Virus record (IMG/VR): IMGVR_UViG_3300031998_000011
Coordinates: 96,001 to 160,000 of that record
Length of the DNA stretch: 64,000 nt
From: a virus
Taxonomy: Duplodnaviria; Caudoviricetes
Direction: 5' to 3' (one strand)
This document shows, piece by piece, positions 17,566-27,277 of this stretch. The notes beneath the pieces were generated by a model. The model was given only the letters and a program-made list of their open reading frames with translations. It did no database searches and had not been told where the DNA came from. The position numbers and the translations under genes were made by a program. How positions within the stretch are numbered: the stretch's first letter is position 1; each line of letters begins with the position of its first letter.

Positions 17566-19137
17566 ATGAGCATCACAAAAGAAGACATCGGGGAACTCCG
17601 GAACGCCCTGATAGTCCTCAACGGGGTCGTCCTGCGGCTGCTGGACAAGCTGCCCGACGACCAGGAACCCAGTAACACAAACAAGCGAGACTTCCGCGAG
17701 GAACTGGACAGGCTGTTCCATAGCTACTCGACGGGCGACATGGGCATCGCTGACAGCAAAGCGCCAGAGCCGCTGCATGGTTCTGCGTTCGTCGAGAATC
17801 TGCAGAGGAAGTCAGACAACATGGACGCTCTTCGCGAAGCCAAACAGAATCGCATGGTTCGTTCGCCTGTCACCAGCAACACGCCAGGCTGCGAGTGGTC
17901 CGGCAATAAGAATCAGGTACGCATCCACGGCCCTATCAAGGACGGCATCCTGGAAGGCGACGAGTTCATCGTCACGGAGTCCGGCAGTCTCAGCAACTGC
18001 ATAATCAAGACGGGCGGCGTCGTACATAACGCCAGCATCACCAACTGCCAGCTGGCTATGGGCAGTGTCACGGTGCTCGGCTCCAAGGCTGTCATGTCGG
18101 ACTGCTGTATCAACTCCGGCGGCAAGCTGCAGATCTGGTCCAGTGGCGCGTCTGCAGTTCGCACCACGGTCTACGGCGGAGGCTACTTCATGGTAGCCCA
18201 CGGCGCCGAGGCTGACTTCGTGGACATCAAGGGCGGCGGCAGCGTCTGCGTTTCGGATACCGGTTGTCTGACCAGTGCCGTTGTGTCTTCCGGCGGCAAC
18301 CTGTTCGTTATCAGTGCAGGCAAGACAGTCCAGCACATCAACGTACTCAAGTACGGCAAGGCGCATGTCGGCAACTGCACGGTCGGTGCCCTGAACGGTT
18401 ATGGGGTTGGTAACAAGCTGACAGTCGGTTCCGGCGCCACGGTGTGCCATATGGCCTGTAACGACGGCGACGTACAGGTGTTGGGTAAAGTACAGAACTG
18501 CAATCTGCAGAACGCCAACCTGGAGATATTCAGGGATGCCCATGTGTACTCGGCGCTGGCTGACAGCGGCGCACATATCGGCATAGGCTGGAATGCCAGT
18601 GCCTGGCGCTGCAGTGTGAGAACCGGCGCGAAGATCTATGTCGGCACATCAGGTTCGCTGACCGAGCTGGCTGCCACAGACGCGAACACGTCTGTCTATG
18701 TGTCCGCCGGCGGTTACATCAACGGTGGTCGCCTCGGTGAAAAGGCGTCCTGTAATAACCAGGGACACATCAACTCCATTGATGTTTCCGGCTACGGAAC
18801 CAAGATGACAGTCTCGTCCGGTGGCACGGTCAACATCACCAGGGTCTACCAGAGTGGCTTTGTCGAAGTGCAGGAAGGCGCCGGCATGAACGCCATCGAC
18901 GTCTTCGACGGTGACATCGTTGTGTCCTCCGGCGGCAGCGTTGCGGAGGTCACGCTCAGGGATGGCTGGCTGCGTGTGATGCCCGGCGCTGTGGTCAGTA
19001 AGTGCATCCAGAGCGGTGGCACCATCATCGTCAGCTCCGGAGGGATCTGCAAGGTGGACAATCGTGGCAGCGGCTCCATCGAGACAGTCAGGGGCGGCTA
19101 CAGCTATGTTATGCACACAAAGGAGAACGACGAATGA
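17566..19137 (+). CDS. AIDA-like (xSSGG) beta-helix repeat protein
   Basis: Repeats INSGG, VSSGG (several), QSGG; no signal peptide or beta-barrel; AGGAGG RBS. Confidence 0.75.
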   Translation: MSITKEDIGELRNALIVLNGVVLRLLDKLPDDQEPSNTNKRDFREELDRLFHSYSTGDMGIADSKAPEPLHGSAFVENLQRKSDNMDALREAKQNRMVRSPVTSNTPGCEWSGNKNQVRIHGPIKDGILEGDEFIVTESGSLSNCIIKTGGVVHNASITNCQLAMGSVTVLGSKAVMSDCCINSGGKLQIWSSGASAVRTTVYGGGYFMVAHGAEADFVDIKGGGSVCVSDTGCLTSAVVSSGGNLFVISAGKTVQHINVLKYGKAHVGNCTVGALNGYGVGNKLTVGSGATVCHMACNDGDVQVLGKVQNCNLQNANLEIFRDAHVYSALADSGAHIGIGWNASAWRCSVRTGAKIYVGTSGSLTELAATDANTSVYVSAGGYINGGRLGEKASCNNQGHINSIDVSGYGTKMTVSSGGTVNITRVYQSGFVEVQEGAGMNAIDVFDGDIVVSSGGSVAEVTLRDGWLRVMPGAVVSKCIQSGGTIIVSSGGICKVDNRGSGSIETVRGGYSYVMHTKENDE

Positions 19138-20195
19138 AACTCACAGCAGATCTCATCCGTGAAAGCATCGAGTTCGGGCACTGCACCACTGAAGAGCTTG
19201 CGAAGCTCCAGGTGTTCTTCTCCGATATGTGCAGCCTCATCGACAAGATCATTGATACCAGGGCTGGCTGGGACAAGGCTCTGCAGGAAGACAAGAACGA
19301 GCATATGCAGGAGACCTACCAGGAAGGTGACAAGATCATTGAGATGGTGAATGCCATTCCGATTGGCAGTGTACTCATGCCGCACATTCACGGTGTGACC
19401 AAGAACGGCCACGGCTCCTACATGCTGCACTGCAGTTATCACAACTGGACACTCAAAGGTACAGACTATTGTATGCCGACGTGGTTCCACGGTGCTGAGA
19501 ACAATGTCGTGATTGACAGCTGCAACATCAAGAATGCCGTACTTGATCTGGCCCGGCCTGGAAATGAAGCAAGGAATTGCACCGTCTGCAGAGACGGCGA
19601 ACTGATCATCCAGATGAAGGCCAGAGCGAAGGACACCTGTGTCAACAGCGCAGGTCAGATGACCGTGCGCAGCGGCGGCGTTGCTGACCACACCACTGTG
19701 TGCAGCGGTGCCAAGCTCACTGTCAGCAGCGGTGGCATGATTATGAACACGTCTATCTACAATGGCGCCACAGTTGTGGTGCATGAGAAAGGTGCTGTTC
19801 TGAATGCTTCATTGAACGGCAATCTGCATGTCACAAATGCGACCGTTCGTGGAGTCAGTGTTCTGAGCGGTCGCATATACGTCAACAGAAAGGCATCTGT
19901 CGAGCAGACCTATATCGGCTCAGCTGGCTTCATGACTATCAGCTCCGACGGTGTGGCAAGAGACACATCCGTCGATATGGGGCATGCTACTTGTGAAGTC
20001 AGCTCTGGCGGTCGTGTTGAGACCATGCGCCTGGATTCCGGTGCGACTCTGATAATCTCGTCTGGAGCTGTTGCGGACGAGGTAGAGATCATGTCCGGGG
20101 CCAGTGTCATCGTGCATTCCTGCGGCACTCTGCAGAACATGCATACGCATCAGGGATCGAAACTGTACGTCAACTTCGGCGGCGTTGTCAAATGA
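19134..20195 (+). CDS. AIDA-like (xSSGG) beta-helix repeat protein, paralog
   Basis: VRSGG, VSSGG, ISSDG, ISSGA repeats; AAGGAG RBS, ATGA overlap. Confidence 0.75.
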   Translation: MKLTADLIRESIEFGHCTTEELAKLQVFFSDMCSLIDKIIDTRAGWDKALQEDKNEHMQETYQEGDKIIEMVNAIPIGSVLMPHIHGVTKNGHGSYMLHCSYHNWTLKGTDYCMPTWFHGAENNVVIDSCNIKNAVLDLARPGNEARNCTVCRDGELIIQMKARAKDTCVNSAGQMTVRSGGVADHTTVCSGAKLTVSSGGMIMNTSIYNGATVVVHEKGAVLNASLNGNLHVTNATVRGVSVLSGRIYVNRKASVEQTYIGSAGFMTISSDGVARDTSVDMGHATCEVSSGGRVETMRLDSGATLIISSGAVADEVEIMSGASVIVHSCGTLQNMHTHQGSKLYVNFGGVVK

Positions 20196-20200
20196 ACCTT

Positions 20201-20277
20201 GCGAGGGCTCCGAAAGGGGCTCTCGCTTTTCTTTTAGAATGGCCTTAATTTGAGCTGGTTTTCGGGCATACTAAGAT
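20201..20277 (+). promoter_or_regulatory. Terminator plus promoter P6
   Basis: GCGAGGGCTCC-GAAA-GGGGCTCTCGC-TTTTCTTTTA, then CTTAAT-N17-CATACT-AAGAT. Confidence 0.7.
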
Positions 20278-20369
20278 GAAGCGGTTATCGCATAGGACCG
20301 ACTTCTGCGGGCTGCTGTGTCACGGTGATACAGGGCTGAAGAAACCTCCAAAAAGAAAGGAGATAAACT

Positions 20370-20804
20370 ATGAAAGTTATCACTACTTACCAGTTCGATT
20401 TCATGTTTGATTTTGACAAGAACTTTGTTTTTCTCGAAGACATCGCTACGGCTATTCAGAATGATGCCAGCTTGAAGAGGGCTGTCGAAATTTACAAAAT
20501 GGACGGTAAACCTGAAGAACATTTTTCGTGGTTCCCTGTGAAATATAAGGCTGCAGAGCGCAAAGCAGCCAAAGATAACGATATAGAACTTCCGGCATGG
20601 ATTCCTCTCTATTATGAGGAAAATTCCTATGACGATAAGTGGTCTGATATCGACTTCTTCCAAGGGAATGTTCGGGTTGCTCTTCATTGGCCATTCGGTG
20701 ATGACATAAGCTACCGCGTGACAGGTCAAGATAACATGGCCCGTGAAGCCTGGAGCGAATGTCAAGCACTGTGGCGTGAGCAACAGAAAAAGAAAACGGC
20801 ATGA
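20370..20804 (+). CDS. Hypothetical protein (AT-richer cassette)
   Basis: AAAGGAG RBS. Confidence 0.7.
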   Translation: MKVITTYQFDFMFDFDKNFVFLEDIATAIQNDASLKRAVEIYKMDGKPEEHFSWFPVKYKAAERKAAKDNDIELPAWIPLYYEENSYDDKWSDIDFFQGNVRVALHWPFGDDISYRVTGQDNMAREAWSECQALWREQQKKKTA

Positions 20805-20812
20805 AAAGATTC

Positions 20813-20892
20813 GACTGGTAGCCTTCCGGGGCGACCAGTCTTTTCTTTTAGAATGTACCTAATGCAGGCGCGTTTTGAGGGCATAATCTACT
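20813..20892 (+). promoter_or_regulatory. Terminator plus promoter P7
   Basis: GACTGGT...ACCAGTC-TTTTCTTTTA, then CCTAAT-N18-CATAAT-CTACT. Confidence 0.7.
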
Positions 20893-20979
20893 GAGGCGCA
20901 ATAACCAACAGTGCAGAAGCAGCGAATGGGTCGCTGTCTTCATATGTACACAACCGCGTCTCAGAAAGGATGGCCTCTA

Positions 20980-21318
20980 ATGGAGGAAATCACAAAGTAC
21001 AAAAAGCCGAGAAACGAGGTAATGGCGCAGGCTCTCAGCGTCATGCTGAAAGTGCAGGAACTCCTGCAGTCGCACATCAGGTGGTTCGAGTCCATGCGGC
21101 CCGACCAGCCTGTGGCCGGCGCACTCGTCAACCTGTCGAAGCAGATCCGCGCTGCGGACGAAGAGAAAGACCCGGAGCACTCCATCATCGGAGGTTCGTT
21201 CTATTTCTTCGTGACGCGGAAGTGCCCGCACACGGCGCAGTCCGCGAGCCTCGCCCTGGCTGAGAAGTTGTTCGACGTGAACTGCGGTATCGAGCAGCTC
21301 AAGTCCCAGCTGATCTGA
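20980..21318 (+). CDS. Hypothetical protein
   Basis: AAAGGA RBS, first gene of an overlapping operon. Confidence 0.65.
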   Translation: MEEITKYKKPRNEVMAQALSVMLKVQELLQSHIRWFESMRPDQPVAGALVNLSKQIRAADEEKDPEHSIIGGSFYFFVTRKCPHTAQSASLALAEKLFDVNCGIEQLKSQLI

Positions 21319-21325
21319 GGTGCCT

Positions 21326-21700
21326 ATGAAAGAAGAAACAAGACAGGCACTGTCGGATCTCAGCCGGCAGGTTGAGAAGCTCCAGAACACGATGATCGTC
21401 ATGATGCGCTTCATGCGGGTCCTGTATGATCACACGAGGGCCGACATCTATCTCACAAGCGACAATGTGCACGACAAGATGTTCGGTGATGTCTGCGACA
21501 CTGACTGCAAGTACGCGGACAAGGCGTTCCTGGAGTGGCTCAGGCACGAGGCTGTGTATGACATCGACAGTGACGTCGTGCGCCCCTTCCTGACTATCGA
21601 CCAGGAGCTCTACGGTCTCGACGGCGACAAGACCAAAGACTATAAGGACACCGTGTACAAAGACGGTGCATTCATCGCCGATCTCATGAACTTCAACTGA
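21326..21700 (+). CDS. Hypothetical protein
   Basis: GAGG RBS, codon usage. Confidence 0.7.
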   Translation: MKEETRQALSDLSRQVEKLQNTMIVMMRFMRVLYDHTRADIYLTSDNVHDKMFGDVCDTDCKYADKAFLEWLRHEAVYDIDSDVVRPFLTIDQELYGLDGDKTKDYKDTVYKDGAFIADLMNFN

Positions 21701-21712
21701 AAGGAAAACAAA

Positions 21713-22135
21713 ATGGACGACAACAAGAAAATCAATATCAACCCTGCCATGCGCGAACAGCTGGATGCCGCGAGGAAACTGCTCGATTCTGATCCGGAAC
21801 TGAATGAAGCCTTCGAGCTCTTCAAGTTCAAGCAGGATATCGCCGCCATCATCGAGCGCTGCGTGAAGTATCAGGACATCATCGTCGCGCTGAACAAGGT
21901 GGACGCTCTGAAGACGCACCCGCAGGTCATGGTCGAGTACGCGAACAGGGGCGAGGAAGCCAACGCCGAGTTCCACAAGCGTGTCGAAGAAGCGCATGAC
22001 AGCGGCGTTCTCGACGACAAACACTACGAGGAACTGAATACGATGTACCAGGTTTTCCAGGTCGGAATCATGCTCATCAAACTGTTTGACAAGAAGGAGT
22101 CTGACGATGGATCTGAAGACAAAGATCAGAACTGA
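21713..22135 (+). CDS. Hypothetical helical protein
   Basis: AAAGGA RBS. Confidence 0.7.
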   Translation: MDDNKKININPAMREQLDAARKLLDSDPELNEAFELFKFKQDIAAIIERCVKYQDIIVALNKVDALKTHPQVMVEYANRGEEANAEFHKRVEEAHDSGVLDDKHYEELNTMYQVFQVGIMLIKLFDKKESDDGSEDKDQN

Positions 22136-22430
22136 ACTGGAGAAGGCTCACTGCGCCGCCCTGAAAACGGGCGGCACGGTGGATTCCGCCGCAGCCGACG
22201 TCATCGCGGCCGGCTGCATCTTCAAGCATGTTACTGGCGCGGACTTCAGCAAGTCCATACAGTGGCAGCGTAACAATGACAACGCCGTCACTGGCGGCGT
22301 GCTGTATATCAAGGGCATCAAGATCTGCATCGGCGGGTCCAGTAAAAAGACGATCACCAGGGAGCTGGCGTTTCATGTTCACAAGCTGCTGCCCTACTTC
22401 ATCGGAGAGGAGCTTGTGGCAAATGGCTAA
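22107..22430 (+). CDS. Hypothetical protein
   Basis: AAGGAG RBS before ATG 22107. Confidence 0.6.
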   Translation: MDLKTKIRTELEKAHCAALKTGGTVDSAAADVIAAGCIFKHVTGADFSKSIQWQRNNDNAVTGGVLYIKGIKICIGGSSKKTITRELAFHVHKLLPYFIGEELVANG

Positions 22431-22941
22431 TTGCTGCGACATTTCGATTCATATCGTGATTCCGGACAAGGAACAGGCGCAGGCTTGTTACCAGTGGCTG
22501 GAAGATGCCCGTGTGGAGGCTGACAAGAAAGGCGAAGGCTTCCAGCTCGGAAACGCCAAGCAGTGGGTGTTCGACAGCGACGTCGAGATTGACAGCCACG
22601 ACGTGTCCATCTATGGTTGGATCAAGTGGGGCTGGGACGACGACGTTCCGGAGGACTTCGTGAAGACTATGCTGGACAAAGGCTGGAACATCGCGGAAGT
22701 CAACTGTGAGTTCCATGAGTCGGCCTGTCTGTATCATGGTGATTGGCACTACACAGGAGACACAGGTGTCCTGGAGGCACGTGTTCTGGATCAGGCGTAC
22801 ATGATGAAGTTCTACGAAGGGCTCACCGACGAGGATATCGACGCAGACGATCACTACGACAAACTGCTGGCATACGTCGAAGCCGCGCCTGACGACCAGT
22901 TCGAAACATGGACAACACAAATCAAAGAGGTGTCTGAGTGA
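22423..22941 (+). CDS. Acidic protein resembling the YubB/DUF1281 ferredoxin-like family
   Basis: MANCC.I.I start, ..KW, F.E..C..G pattern. Confidence 0.5.
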   Translation: MANCCDISIHIVIPDKEQAQACYQWLEDARVEADKKGEGFQLGNAKQWVFDSDVEIDSHDVSIYGWIKWGWDDDVPEDFVKTMLDKGWNIAEVNCEFHESACLYHGDWHYTGDTGVLEARVLDQAYMMKFYEGLTDEDIDADDHYDKLLAYVEAAPDDQFETWTTQIKEVSE

Positions 22942-23636
22942 AAGACTATGATGCGACACTCATGGAAGCGCTGCGTGTCAGCACTGTCAACAATGACATC
23001 TATGCAGCATCTATCATGGACTACGAGAAGAACATTCAGAAGTTCGTCTCTATCCTGGATAAGCTGGACAGCTTCATAAAGGCTCCGTGTGTTCTGGACG
23101 CGATCTACGCAGAGATGCGCGGCAGGCGTTACCAGATCGAACTTCAGATGCGTTCTATGCGAGACCAGCTCGCGAACGATTACGAGAACGGCAACATGAC
23201 GGATGAGAGCTATGCCGCCTGGACCAAGTGGCTGGACATCGTGCAGCGCGACTATCTGCACGTGGACCGTAAGAAATGCCGGTTCCAGCACGGAGACAGA
23301 TGTCTGGTGGCAGATGCGACCGGTGTAGTCAAGGCAACGATTGTCGGGCTCCCTGATGAGTTCGATGAGACGACCTACGTCGTGAAATACGACAGCAATC
23401 ATACCAAGAGCAACGATGTTATCGTCATCGAAGAGCGCATTGAAGACCGCAATCTGTTCCGGGAGACTGAAATGGAAGAGGCACTCGCTATGGCGCAGAA
23501 CCTGAATGCCGTGGAACTGAACATCAGCGAGTGCGCGGAGCGTGCAGCACAGAACAATCGCTTCTTCTACCAGGGGCGACAGCGTGCGCTGCAGAAGCAA
23601 CAGGAAACACTCAACAAATCGGAGAAACAACAATGA
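22938..23636 (+). CDS. SH3-like/coiled-coil family protein
   Basis: FQHGDRCLV...LFRETEMEEA followed by coiled coil. Confidence 0.65.
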   Translation: MKDYDATLMEALRVSTVNNDIYAASIMDYEKNIQKFVSILDKLDSFIKAPCVLDAIYAEMRGRRYQIELQMRSMRDQLANDYENGNMTDESYAAWTKWLDIVQRDYLHVDRKKCRFQHGDRCLVADATGVVKATIVGLPDEFDETTYVVKYDSNHTKSNDVIVIEERIEDRNLFRETEMEEALAMAQNLNAVELNISECAERAAQNNRFFYQGRQRALQKQQETLNKSEKQQ

Positions 23637-23992
23637 ACGGAACTGACAAGTACGTCGTTTTCCCGCCTGAAAACAATTCCATGCCGTTCCAGTGCGGCGA
23701 GAAGGTCTGGTACGCCAGCCTTGTGCATGAGAGACCCATTCTGGTCGAGATCGTTGACATCGACGTGGACACCGATGAACCCGGCAACGCCTACCTGGTG
23801 TTCAAGCTGAACGACACGCAGGGCGCCTTCGTGGACCAGGACGTCACGGAGGACTGGCTGTGCCGGTCGAAAGACATGGCCTGGGGCATGCTCATCCAGC
23901 ATGAGCAGAAGAAGGTCGATGCGCTACGCGACGAGATCATGAAGATCGAGTGCAAGATGGCTGACTTCCGCAGACAGCAGGCGGAGATCTGA
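23633..23992 (+). CDS. SH3-like/coiled-coil family protein
   Basis: FQCGEKVWY...LCRSKDMAW followed by coiled coil. Confidence 0.7.
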   Translation: MNGTDKYVVFPPENNSMPFQCGEKVWYASLVHERPILVEIVDIDVDTDEPGNAYLVFKLNDTQGAFVDQDVTEDWLCRSKDMAWGMLIQHEQKKVDALRDEIMKIECKMADFRRQQAEI

Positions 23993-23993
23993 C

Positions 23994-24344
23994 ATGGGCA
24001 ACTTGAAACTCAAACCAGGTGATGTCGTCTGGGTCGTAGAGTCGAGTACTGACATCAGGCGGGCGACTGTCATCAAGCCCAGGAACGGCGAGCGCATGTA
24101 CGGGTTCGATTATCTGTTCCAGTTTGATGACAGTACGAACCCTGAACTGTACCCGAAAGAAGCCGACAACGTCTACAAGAGTCCGGCGAGGGCCTGGAAC
24201 TCTCTGATCCGTGCGGCAGATAAAAGAGTGCGCAGGGCTCGTGAGGAATGGGAGTCTGCCCGTGCCTTCCGGTACAGGCTGCAGTGCGCCAAGAAGGACG
24301 CGCTGGAAGCTGAAAGGAGGCGCACCCGTGAGCACCAGGCGTAA
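23994..24344 (+). CDS. SH3-like/coiled-coil family protein
   Basis: LKPGDVVWV...VYKSPARAW followed by coiled coil. Confidence 0.7.
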   Translation: MGNLKLKPGDVVWVVESSTDIRRATVIKPRNGERMYGFDYLFQFDDSTNPELYPKEADNVYKSPARAWNSLIRAADKRVRRAREEWESARAFRYRLQCAKKDALEAERRRTREHQA

Positions 24345-24696
24345 ACCCCTGCAGGTCGGTCAGCACCTCTACAAGGCGGCGTATTGGAAGGTGGTCCACA
24401 TCGAAGTGGTCGCCTACCACAGCACCTGGCGTGGACGTTATTACGATGTCAAATACGACAATGGCTATGTTTCCACGTGGACCAAGATTGACAGGAACGT
24501 CTGGCTGGACAGCCCGGTGGATGCCTGGAAACAGCTGATCGAGGGACACGAGCGGTCGCTCCAGTGGTACAAAGAGTGCATCCGCGATATCCGGAAAGAC
24601 ATGCCCAAGTACAGGCGGGCGCTGGCCCGTGCCGAGCGCCTGCAGGCTGCCGGAAAGATCGTGCACGACATCAAGGAAAGGAAACCCAAGAAATGA
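24328..24696 (+). CDS. SH3-like/coiled-coil family protein
   Basis: AAGGAGG RBS, GTG start; LQVGQHLY...WLDSPVDAW. Confidence 0.65.
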   Translation: MSTRRKPLQVGQHLYKAAYWKVVHIEVVAYHSTWRGRYYDVKYDNGYVSTWTKIDRNVWLDSPVDAWKQLIEGHERSLQWYKECIRDIRKDMPKYRRALARAERLQAAGKIVHDIKERKPKK

Positions 24697-25349
24697 GCTA
24701 CGATTACTTACCTGATGTGCGGTCTCTCGAAGTGAGCGTTGCGATCTGTAGCGATCACTGGGACGGTCACAGTAAGCGCATCAATCCGATCATGCAGATG
24801 GACAAGTCGAAAGTCAAGGAGATACTCAATGCCGACACTCTGATGCTTAGCCAGGCTAATTTCATGCATGGCGGAAATGACTTCCACTGGCAGGATGAAC
24901 CACATACGTCCAGCAACGAAGTCCGTGTCAGCTTTACAACGAAAGCCAGAAACTGCATAATCCCGATCATGAACGTCATCAAGTTACAGCTGCTGTATAC
25001 AACGGACACCCGTCCCTGGGTGTACGGCGAAGTTCTGTGCAAATGGAACGGCTATAACATCGTCATGGGTGAGTATGGCATGCAGGATGGCGCCAAAGCG
25101 ATCAACGAGCGTGTTCTGAACATGAGCAATCTCGAACACATTATAGCGGATATCAAGCAGGATAACTACGAATGGATGGCCAGGCGTATTCTTCGTGACT
25201 GGAATTACCTGACTATTCGCCGTACATATCCGCTGACATTGGCTGGTGTTCAGGAAGAGCTGACGCATGTTTGTGAAAACTCGGAGATGTATGATATTCT
25301 GGTCGGTATCAGGACCATCATGGAGGACTTCCAGAAATGTCGGACATGA
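24693..25349 (+). CDS. Hypothetical protein
   Basis: AAGGA RBS, ATGA overlap. Confidence 0.65.
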   Translation: MSYDYLPDVRSLEVSVAICSDHWDGHSKRINPIMQMDKSKVKEILNADTLMLSQANFMHGGNDFHWQDEPHTSSNEVRVSFTTKARNCIIPIMNVIKLQLLYTTDTRPWVYGEVLCKWNGYNIVMGEYGMQDGAKAINERVLNMSNLEHIIADIKQDNYEWMARRILRDWNYLTIRRTYPLTLAGVQEELTHVCENSEMYDILVGIRTIMEDFQKCRT

Positions 25350-25555
25350 CACTTGACTCATATCTGAGCAACCCGAACTACTCCGGACTCTCGGAGAAGG
25401 AAAAGCTGGTTCTTGTGTGTAACCGGCTGATCGACAAAATCATGCACGGCAAGTATGTCGGGCGTAACATGGACCACGAACGTGCGCTTCTGGACGAGGC
25501 GCACGAACGGATCCGCAAACTGGAGACGCAGGATGCAACCGGTAATCCAGCGTAA
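25337..25555 (+). CDS. Small hypothetical protein
   Basis: GGAGG RBS. Confidence 0.55.
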   Translation: MSDMTLDSYLSNPNYSGLSEKEKLVLVCNRLIDKIMHGKYVGRNMDHERALLDEAHERIRKLETQDATGNPA

Positions 25556-25757
25556 TCTGCAGATCATGAGCGATGCTGTATTGAACTTCGCGAAACAAGT
25601 CAACGAAGGCATCGAAGTCATAAAGAACTGCAGGCATGCCGATATAGTCGGCATTCTGGACGATGAGATCACATATGTCATCAAATCGACATGTCCGTTC
25701 GAGCGTCTCAGAGAACAACTCAAGAAAGGAGTACACAATGTCTCTCAAACCAGGTGA
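25533..25757 (+). CDS. Small hypothetical protein
   Basis: GGAG RBS; fills the operon gap. Confidence 0.5.
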   Translation: MQPVIQRNLQIMSDAVLNFAKQVNEGIEVIKNCRHADIVGILDDEITYVIKSTCPFERLREQLKKGVHNVSQTR

Positions 25758-26349
25758 CGAGCGGTGGCTCGTCGTCGAGTACTTCGACGGAGACGGCAAC
25801 GTTTATCCCGTGAAGATCACGTCGGATGCTTATGATGTGGACGGTACTGAGTATGGCATTCAGTCTTTACGCAGTGACGTCAGTCTGCGCGACACGGCGG
25901 TCGAGAGCGACCTCTACATCTCGGAGCTGGAAGCCTACCAGGCTCTTGTGTCGCGTATGGAGAACAATGCCGATAAATTTAAGCAGTGGCGTAAGGAGCT
26001 CCTGCGCGAGCACATTCCGGAGAAGCGTCTCAAGCTCGAACAGCTCAAGGCGCACAAGATGCAGCCGATGCCGAAGTTCCCGCGTGTTGGTGACACCGTG
26101 TATTTCATTCGGTGGAACATATGCAAGCAGGCAGAGGTCATCGACCTGTACTACCAGAACGACGTGCTGCGTGTCCGGCTTCGTGTTGGTGATCCTTACC
26201 ACAACACGGAACATGAAGATGCGGCTGACGTGTATCCCACTAAGCGCCAGTGCATTACAACGCTGATCAAGAAGCTGACGAAGTCTCACAAGGACTACAT
26301 CGACAACCTCAAGAAACAGCTGAAGGAAGACAAGAATGGAAACACCTGA
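25738..26349 (+). CDS. Tandem two-domain SH3-like/coiled-coil protein
   Basis: LKPGDERWLV...LYISELEA and PRVGDTVYFI...VYPTKRQC. Confidence 0.7.
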   Translation: MSLKPGDERWLVVEYFDGDGNVYPVKITSDAYDVDGTEYGIQSLRSDVSLRDTAVESDLYISELEAYQALVSRMENNADKFKQWRKELLREHIPEKRLKLEQLKAHKMQPMPKFPRVGDTVYFIRWNICKQAEVIDLYYQNDVLRVRLRVGDPYHNTEHEDAADVYPTKRQCITTLIKKLTKSHKDYIDNLKKQLKEDKNGNT

Positions 26350-26719
26350 AGTCAATGCCTACGGGAACCGTGAAGAGCACTGGGACGGCTACAAGATCGG
26401 CGATCATGCCTGGTTCGTTCCTGACTACATCGGTACGGTTGCGTTCGGCGTCGTGACCGAAGTGCGTCTGCAGCTGGCGCCCGGCGGTCATTGTGTCGTG
26501 CCGTATCAGTATGAGTTTACTTTCGATGATCCTGAAGTAGGCGAGCGTACGTGCAATGTGGAGGCCGGTCATGTCTTCGACACAGAGGTGGAAGCAGTTC
26601 GTTGCGCGGAAGCCCTGTGTTTCGCTGAAGAGCGCGACTACGCCAAGCTGGCACATGATCTGCACGAGACACGTGTTGAACTGTCAATCCGCAGGGAAGA
26701 ACTGGAGGAAGCGAAATGA
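26336..26719 (+). CDS. SH3-like/coiled-coil family protein
   Basis: YKIGDHAWFV...VFDTEVEA. Confidence 0.7.
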   Translation: METPEVNAYGNREEHWDGYKIGDHAWFVPDYIGTVAFGVVTEVRLQLAPGGHCVVPYQYEFTFDDPEVGERTCNVEAGHVFDTEVEAVRCAEALCFAEERDYAKLAHDLHETRVELSIRREELEEAK

Positions 26720-26997
26720 GCGTTGTTATTCTCAGCGACGGTCGTTTGTTCGACGATCACAAGCAGTTGATGATTTCTTGTCCGAAGACACCAACTACCT
26801 ATTGCTGTGTGGATTGTGCTTTGTGCGCACTGGATACAGACAAACCGGAAGACAACAGGCTTGTGTTTCTGTGCGGTTGCCGCCCAGGGTTCAGGCTTCT
26901 GTCGGAGCCTTACAAACCGCCCGTCGATTTGCAGCGTGAACAGGGTATCATCCCGGACGACCAGAAAGGAGCCGACAATGAAGTTCCAGAAGGGTGA
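26716..26997 (+). CDS. Small Cys-rich protein
   Basis: GGAGG RBS; CCVDCALC...CGC. Confidence 0.55.
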   Translation: MSVVILSDGRLFDDHKQLMISCPKTPTTYCCVDCALCALDTDKPEDNRLVFLCGCRPGFRLLSEPYKPPVDLQREQGIIPDDQKGADNEVPEG

Positions 26998-27277
26998 CAC
27001 CGTCTACTTCTGCGATATCGAGACACAGGAGGAAAACCAGTGTCTGGATTCAGATACTTATCCGATTGTCTGGTGCGGGCATATCGAAGACATCGACGAG
27101 CACGGCTACATCAGTGTGAAACTGGACAAGAACAGGCTCTCCAATGCGTCGGCCATCGAGGGTACTATTGAGGACCTTCTGTACAGAACACCGGAGGAGG
27201 CTGTGTGCGAGTTCTTGTCGGACATTCGGCAGAAGCTCGAAGAACAGATCAAGGAACTGAGAGGAGGCTCCAGATGA
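26978..27277 (+). CDS. SH3-like/coiled-coil family protein
   Basis: FQKGDTVYF...LYRTPEEA. Confidence 0.7.
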   Translation: MKFQKGDTVYFCDIETQEENQCLDSDTYPIVWCGHIEDIDEHGYISVKLDKNRLSNASAIEGTIEDLLYRTPEEAVCEFLSDIRQKLEEQIKELRGGSR

